The translations under genes were made by a program, and so were the position numbers. The notes beneath the pieces were generated by a model. That model was not told the DNA's origin and ran no database searches. It saw only the letters and a program-made list of their open reading frames with translations. Below, one piece after another: positions 6,634-12,826 of a stretch of DNA of 12,826 nucleotides (the first letter of the stretch is position 1; each line of letters opens with the position of its first letter). The stretch is from a virus (lineage: Duplodnaviria; Heunggongvirae; Uroviricota; Caudoviricetes), in the IMG/VR virus record IMGVR_UViG_2939167301_000004; one strand, written 5' to 3'.

Positions 6634-8967
6634 ATGAAAATGAACGTAACCGCCACCGTCAGCCATGCGCTCGGCCACTGGCCGCGTATTCTCCCGGTGC
6701 TGGGGATTCAGGTGCTGAAGAACCGTCATCAGCCCTGTCCGGTCTGTGGCGGGAGTGACCGCTTCCGTTTTGATGACAGGGAGGGGCGCGGCACCTGGTA
6801 CTGCAATCAGTGTGGTGCCGGTGACGGCCTGAAACTGGTTGAAAAGGTGTTTGGTGTCTCCCCGTCCGACGCGGCCGCAAAGGTGGCTGCCGTGACCGGC
6901 AGCCTGCCCCCGGCTGACCCGGCAGTGACGGCCGCCGCCGGTGCTGAAACAGACGCTGCCCGGAAGAACGCCGCCGCACTGGCACAAACCCTGATGGCAA
7001 AAACTCGTCCCGGAACCGGTAACGCCTACCTGACCCGCAAGGGCTTTCCCGGCCGGGAATGCCGGATGCTGACCGGCACACACAGAGCCGGTGGCGTGAG
7101 CTGGCGTGCCGGTGACCTTGTGGTGCCACTGTATGACGACAGCGGCGAGCTGGTTAACCTTCAGTTAATCAGTGCTGACGGCCATAAGCGCACCCTGAAA
7201 GGCGGACAGGTCAGGGGCACCTGTCACACCCTTGAAGGACAGAATCAGGCCGGAAAACGTCTGTGGATAGCGGAGGGATACGCGACCGCACTTACCGTAC
7301 ATCACCTGACCGGTGAAACGGTGATGGTGGCGCTTTCTTCCGTGAACCTCCTTTCTCTGACCAGCCTTGCCCGGCAGAAGCATCCGGCCTGTCAGATTGT
7401 CCTTGCCGCAGACCGTGACCTCAGCGGTGACGGCCAGAAAAAAGCCGCCGCAGCCGCAGATGCGTGTGAGGGCGTTGTTGCCCTGCCGCCGGTCTTCGGT
7501 GACTGGAATGATGCCTTCACGCAGTACGGCGGGGAGGCCACCCGTAAGGCCATTTATGATGCCATCCGGCCACCGGCTGAAAGCCCGTTCGACACCATGA
7601 GCGAAGCAGAGTTTTCCGCCATGAGTACCAGCGAAAAGGCCATGCGTATCTATGAGCATTACGGCGAGGCGCTCGCGGTCGATGCCAACGGCCAGCTTCT
7701 GTCCCGTTATGAAAATGGTGTCTGGAAGGTGCTGCCGCCACAGGACTTTGCCCGGGATGTGGCCGGGCTGTTTCAGCGTCTGCGCGCGCCGTTCTCCTCC
7801 GGGAAGGTGGCCTCCGTGGTGGACACCCTGAAGCTGATTATTCCGCAGCAGGAAGCCCCCTCCCGCCGCCTGATTGGCTTTCGTAACGGCGTGCTCGACA
7901 CGCAGAACGGCACGTTCCACCCGCACAGTCCGTCACACTGGATGCGCACCCTGTGCGATGTGGATTTCACCCCGCCGGTGGACGGTGAAACGCTGGAGAC
8001 CCACGCCCCCGCGTTCTGGCGCTGGCTTGACCGTGCCGCCGGTGGCCGTGCGGAAAAACGCGACGTGATTCTGGCCGCACTGTTTATGGTGCTGGCAAAC
8101 CGCTACGACTGGCAGCTCTTTCTGGAGGTGACCGGTCCCGGCGGCAGCGGCAAAAGTATCATGGCCGAAATAGCCACCCTGCTGGCCGGGGAGGATAACG
8201 CCACGTCGGCCACCATTGAGACGCTGGAATCCCCGCGTGAACGTGCCGCGTTAACTGGCTTCTCACTGATACGCCTGCCGGACCAGGAAAAATGGAGCGG
8301 CGACGGTGCCGGACTCAAGGCCATCACCGGCGGCGATGCGGTGTCCGTTGACCCGAAATACCGGGATGCGTACTCCACGCACATCCCGGCGGTGATTCTG
8401 GCCGTGAACAATAACCCGATGCGCTTCACCGACCGCAGCGGCGGCGTGTCACGCCGGCGGGTGATTATTCACTTCCCGGAACAGATAGCCCCGCAGGAGC
8501 GCGACCCGCAGCTTAAGGACAAAATCACCCGCGAGCTGGCGGTCATCGTGCGTCACCTGATGCAGAAATTCAGCGACCCGATGCTCGCCCGGTCACTGCT
8601 TCAGTCCCAGCAGAACTCAGACGAGGCACTGAACATCAAACGGGATGCCGACCCGACGTTTGATTTTATCGGCTATCTGGAAACCCTGCCGCAGACCAGC
8701 GGCATGTATATGGGGAACGCCAGTATCATCCCGCGTAATTACCGTAAATACCTCTATCACGCCTATCTGGCCTACATGGAGGCAAACGGCTACCGGAATG
8801 TACTCAGTCTGAAAATGTTCGGGCTGGGGCTGCCGGTGATGCTGAAGGAATACGGACTGAATTACGAGAAGCGCCATACCAAACAGGGGATACAGACCAA
8901 CCTGACGCTGAAAGAGGAAAGCTACGGCGACTGGCTGCCAAAATGTGACGACCCTGCAACAACCTGA
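6634..8967 (+). CDS. alpha: P4 alpha-type primase-helicase
   Basis: 777-aa ORF with an N-terminal Cys4 zinc motif (CPVCGG...CNQCG), a central primase region and a C-terminal P-loop NTPase (GPGGSGKS); AAGGAG Shine-Dalgarno. Confidence 0.9.
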   Translation: MKMNVTATVSHALGHWPRILPVLGIQVLKNRHQPCPVCGGSDRFRFDDREGRGTWYCNQCGAGDGLKLVEKVFGVSPSDAAAKVAAVTGSLPPADPAVTAAAGAETDAARKNAAALAQTLMAKTRPGTGNAYLTRKGFPGRECRMLTGTHRAGGVSWRAGDLVVPLYDDSGELVNLQLISADGHKRTLKGGQVRGTCHTLEGQNQAGKRLWIAEGYATALTVHHLTGETVMVALSSVNLLSLTSLARQKHPACQIVLAADRDLSGDGQKKAAAAADACEGVVALPPVFGDWNDAFTQYGGEATRKAIYDAIRPPAESPFDTMSEAEFSAMSTSEKAMRIYEHYGEALAVDANGQLLSRYENGVWKVLPPQDFARDVAGLFQRLRAPFSSGKVASVVDTLKLIIPQQEAPSRRLIGFRNGVLDTQNGTFHPHSPSHWMRTLCDVDFTPPVDGETLETHAPAFWRWLDRAAGGRAEKRDVILAALFMVLANRYDWQLFLEVTGPGGSGKSIMAEIATLLAGEDNATSATIETLESPRERAALTGFSLIRLPDQEKWSGDGAGLKAITGGDAVSVDPKYRDAYSTHIPAVILAVNNNPMRFTDRSGGVSRRRVIIHFPEQIAPQERDPQLKDKITRELAVIVRHLMQKFSDPMLARSLLQSQQNSDEALNIKRDADPTFDFIGYLETLPQTSGMYMGNASIIPRNYRKYLYHAYLAYMEANGYRNVLSLKMFGLGLPVMLKEYGLNYEKRHTKQGIQTNLTLKEESYGDWLPKCDDPATT

Positions 8968-8984
8968 CCCTCATGACCCACCTG

Positions 8985-9008
8985 ACCGGCATCTGCCGGT
9001 CTTTTTTT
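8985..9008 (+). terminator. Rho-independent terminator after alpha
   Basis: ACCGGCA-tc-TGCCGGT hairpin followed by a T7 run. Confidence 0.55.
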
Positions 9009-9026
9009 ATCCCGATATCCCCCGCA

Positions 9027-9320
9027 GGTGAACAATCCACTGTTCACCCTTCACCGTATATTCACCCGTTATCATACTGAAATTAAAAGAGAAAAACGAA
9101 AGGTGAACAGTGTGAACAATCAAATCAAAAAAAACTTTTTTCTTCCTGAGTGATTTCAGTACGGGGGATTAATCACCGGTATGAGTCACACCGGCAGAAT
9201 GCCGGAGGTGAAGAATCGAATGTTCACCCTTCACCCATTATTCACCACCTATCACTCTGAAATAAAAGGAGAAAACAGAAAGGTGAACAGTGTGAACAGT
9301 TCTTTCGAAAAAAAATTTTT
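9027..9320. repeat. crr-like region: two ~115-bp direct repeats carrying iterons
   Basis: Units at about 9027-9140 and 9207-9320 (180-bp period), each with GGTGAACA / TGTTCACC / TTCACC(C/G) / TGTGAACA octamers. Confidence 0.65.
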
Positions 9321-9342
9321 TATGTGGATAAAAGATGCACTG

Positions 9343-9369
9343 GTTTGGATCCGAGCTACGGATCCAAAC
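9343..9369. repeat. Perfect 11-bp inverted repeat (GTTTGGATCCG-agcta-CGGATCCAAAC)
   Basis: Read directly from the sequence; contains two GGATCC sites. Confidence 0.6.
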
Positions 9370-9510
9370 TTACTGATTAAAAATGATTTAACTTTCCGAT
9401 TTATTGATGGGCTGAAAATAGATTGGTCAGAAAAACAGTGGGGGCACAAAAGGGGGCATATTTCATTGTTGTGTTTTATTATTTGTTTTTTATCATTAAC
9501 TTATTTTGAT

Positions 9511-9533
9511 GTTTGAGTCCGGCCTTCGCACCA
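9511..9533 (+). other. attP-type core resembling the 3' end of a tRNA-Leu gene
   Basis: GTTTGAGTCCGGCCTTCGCACCA resembles a T-loop / acceptor-stem / CCA 3' end. There is no upstream tRNA body: the 5' T-stem complement is absent. Confidence 0.5.
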
Positions 9534-9547
9534 TCGGAACATCAATA

Positions 9548-9570
9548 GACGTCAACGGACGTCTTTTTTT
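9548..9570 (+). terminator. Rho-independent terminator just after the att core
   Basis: GACGTC-aacg-GACGTC hairpin followed by a T7 run. Confidence 0.5.
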
Positions 9571-9614
9571 GTGCCTAAAATCCAGTATCCGCAAGGCTTT
9601 CCTCGCTTTTTCAC

Positions 9615-9650
9615 TCAACCTAAGTCAACCTGATTCAATCTACATCAACT
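9615..9650 (+). promoter_or_regulatory. Four 10-bp-phased TCAAYY direct repeats (candidate integrase arm-type / autoregulatory sites)
   Basis: TCAACC at 9615 and 9625, TCAATC at 9635, TCAACT at 9645. An 8-bp inverted repeat GGGTACAA (9660-9667) / TTGTACCC (9694-9701) follows, upstream of the int start. Confidence 0.4.
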
Positions 9651-9731
9651 TACTGATGCGGGTACAACTGCGGGTATTTCCCGGTTCGATAATGTTTGTA
9701 CCCACACAGAACCCTTGAAAGGATACTCATC

Positions 9732-10833
9732 ATGGCTCTGAGTGATGTGAAGGTTCGTTCGGCTAAGCCTGAAGCAAAAGCCTATAAGCTGACCGACGGT
9801 GAAGGCATGGTTTTGCTGGTTCACCCTAACGGCTCCAAATACTGGCGGCTACGTTATCGCTTTGGCGGTAAAGAGAAGATGCTGGCATTGGGGAAATACC
9901 CCGAAGTGTCGTTGGCGGATGCCAGGGCACGCCGGGATGAGGCTCGTAAGCTTTTAGCTAATGGTGTCGATCCCAGTGAAAACAAGAAAGCTGTTAAGGT
10001 AGAACAGGAACAAGAGGCGATAACGTTGAAGTAGTCGCCAGAGACTGGCACGCCAGCAATCAGAAGTGGTCGGCATCGCATAGCGCTCGTGTTTTGAAAA
10101 GTCTGGAGGATAATCTCTTTACTGCTATCGGTAAGCGGAACATTGCGGAACTGAAGACGCGGGATCTTCTTGTACCCATTAAAGCAGTCGAGTCATCCGG
10201 GCGGCTCGAAGTTGCCGCCCGTTTACAGCAGCGTACTACCGCGATTATGCGCTTTGCCGTTCAGAGCGGCTTAATCGACTACAACCCCGCGCAAGAGATT
10301 GCAGGTGCGGTTGCTACGGCGAAAAGACAGCACCGTGCAGCTCTTGAACTGAACCGTATACCTGAATTACTTCATCGCATAGATCACTATTCTGGCAGAC
10401 CGTTAACTCGGCTGGCGGTTGAACTCACTTTATTGGTTTTCATCCGTTCGAGCGAGCTGCATTTTGCCCGCTGGTCAGAAGTAGATTTTGAAACGGCTAT
10501 GTGGACAATCCCAGGTGAGCGTGAGCAACTGGAAGGAGTCAAGCATTCTCAGCGTGGCTCGAAGATGCGGACACCACACCTTGTACCTTTGTCGCGGCAG
10601 GCCCTAAGTATTTTGGAAAAGATCAAAAGCATGAGCGGAAATTGAGAGCTGATTTTTGTGGGCGATCACGATCCACGTAAGCCGATGAGTGAGAATACGG
10701 TGAACAAGGCTTTGCGCGTAATGGGGTATGACACGAAGGTCGAGGTTTGTGGGCATGGCTTCAGGACGATGGCTTGTAGTTCGTTGATTGAGTCGGGATT
10801 ATGGTCGAGGGATGCGGTAGAGCGGCAGATGAG
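9732..10833 (+). pseudogene. int: P4-type tyrosine integrase, inactivated
   Basis: N-terminal MALSDVKVRSAKPEAKAYKLTDGEG... is a P4-family integrase signature. There is a frameshift near 10020-10035, an in-frame TGA at 10643-10645, and a 3' truncation by IS629 at 10834 (about 368 codons retained; the catalytic C-terminus is missing). Confidence 0.8.
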
Positions 10834-10875
10834 TGAACCGCCCCGGGTTTCCTGGAGAGTGTTTTATCTGTGAAC

Positions 10876-11762
10876 TCAGGCTGCCAGATCATCGTTTCCG
10901 ATGGAAGCATAATAAGCTTTTTCTGCTTCTGCCGGAGGAGTATGGCCCAGCCTTTCCAGCAATCGTCGATTGTTATACCAGTCCACCCACGTGAGTGTGG
11001 CCAGTTCCACTTCTGCACGGTTTTTCCAGCTCTTACGGTGTATTACCTCCGCTTTGTAAAGACCATTGATGCTCTCCGCCATCGCGTTGTCATACGAGTC
11101 GCCTGTACTTCCTGTTGATGCCAGTAATCCGGCTTCCTTAAGCCGCTGTGTGTAGGCCAGCGATACATACTGAGAACCTTTATCACTGTGATGGACCGTG
11201 CCGGACGGTCGACGGGCCCATAACGCCTGCTCCAGTGCATCCAGCACGAATGTCGTTTCCATGGACGATGAGACCCGCCACCCCACGATGTATCCGGCAA
11301 ACACATCAATGATGAACGCCACATAGACGAAGCCCCGCCATGTGCTGACGTAAGTAAAATCAGCCACCCACAGCTGGTCAGGTCGTTCTGCCACGAACTG
11401 ACGGTTTACGCGGTCGCCTGCGGCAACGGCTTTCCGGCTGATGGTCGTACGGACCTTTTTACCCCGGAGAACACCGGCAAGTCCCATAACCGCCATGAGA
11501 CGTGCCACAGTGCATCTGGCCACTCTGATACCTTCCCGTAACAACTGACGCCAGACTTTACGCACACCGTATACCTTGTGATTTTCATCGTATACGCGCT
11601 GTATCTCTTTCTTCAGCCAGTCATCGCGCTGCGCACGGGCACTGCGTTTATCCGGATGATGTCGCTGTTGCTGACAGTGGTAATACGTTGACGGGGCAAT
11701 ATGCAGTTCGCTGCATAGCGGTCCGACCCCGTACTGCTCACGCAGCTTATCCAGCAGTGGCA

Positions 11763-11766
<4 letters not shown>
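10876..11766 (-). CDS. IS3-family transposase OrfB (copy B)
   Basis: 296 aa, one substitution (Q to R) relative to copy A OrfB. Confidence 0.9.

Positions 11767-12826
<1,060 letters not shown>

Noticed and set aside
6402-7926. Minus-strand ORFs (84-253 aa) overlapping the alpha primase gene
   Set aside because: Antisense to a 777-aa gene with clear motifs; low-complexity Arg/Gly/His-rich translations with no ribosome-binding sites.
9027-9320. Possible CRISPR array suggested by repeated short motifs
   Set aside because: The repeat units are 8-bp octamers in both orientations inside two long direct repeats, with no regular repeat-spacer periodicity and no cas genes. They are iterons.
9490-9540. 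A complete tRNA-Leu gene
   Set aside because: Only the 3' roughly 23 nt (T-loop, acceptor 3' strand, CCA) resemble a tRNA. The upstream sequence cannot form the T-stem or the rest of the cloverleaf.
9181-9718. ORFs of 111 and 70 aa running through the crr repeats and att region
   Set aside because: They span iteron repeats, the palindrome and the terminator; the region is better explained as non-coding replication and recombination control DNA.

Overview
The window is a decayed P4-type satellite phage genome broken up by insertion sequences. Identifications are from reading the ORF translations and sequence motifs against remembered P4 biology; no database search was run. Layout, left to right: the 3' part of an IS21-family element (istB, 1-747); the P4-like late operon on the minus strand (psu 801-1403, delta 1477-1977, sid 1974-4021), with sid split by a 1310-bp IS629/IS1203-like IS3-family element (2588-3897, 3-bp CTG target duplication); a divergent late-promoter/ori region with TGT-N12-ACA activator dyads and six TGTTCACC iterons; the plus-strand left operon (vis/AlpA 4573-4839, an immunity region with a candidate PLE promoter and antisense-RNA target repeats, an epsilon-position ORF, orf151-like, cnr/orf106-like, and the 777-aa alpha primase-helicase 6634-8967); a crr-like pair of ~115-bp iteron repeats; an attP-type core resembling a tRNA-Leu 3' end plus terminator; and an integrase pseudogene (9732-10833) cut by a second, inverted IS629 copy (10834-12143, no target duplication). 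The right edge holds a 5'-truncated IS100-like istB remnant and a truncated TetR-family gene. The usual P4 accessory/defence hotspot (psu-cos-gop/beta/cII-int) is not present in this window; both ends of the P4 segment run into IS elements. I found no convincing novel system; the most interesting points are the unintegrated (attP) configuration, the IS-mediated decay, and the intact-looking replication and RNA-immunity modules.
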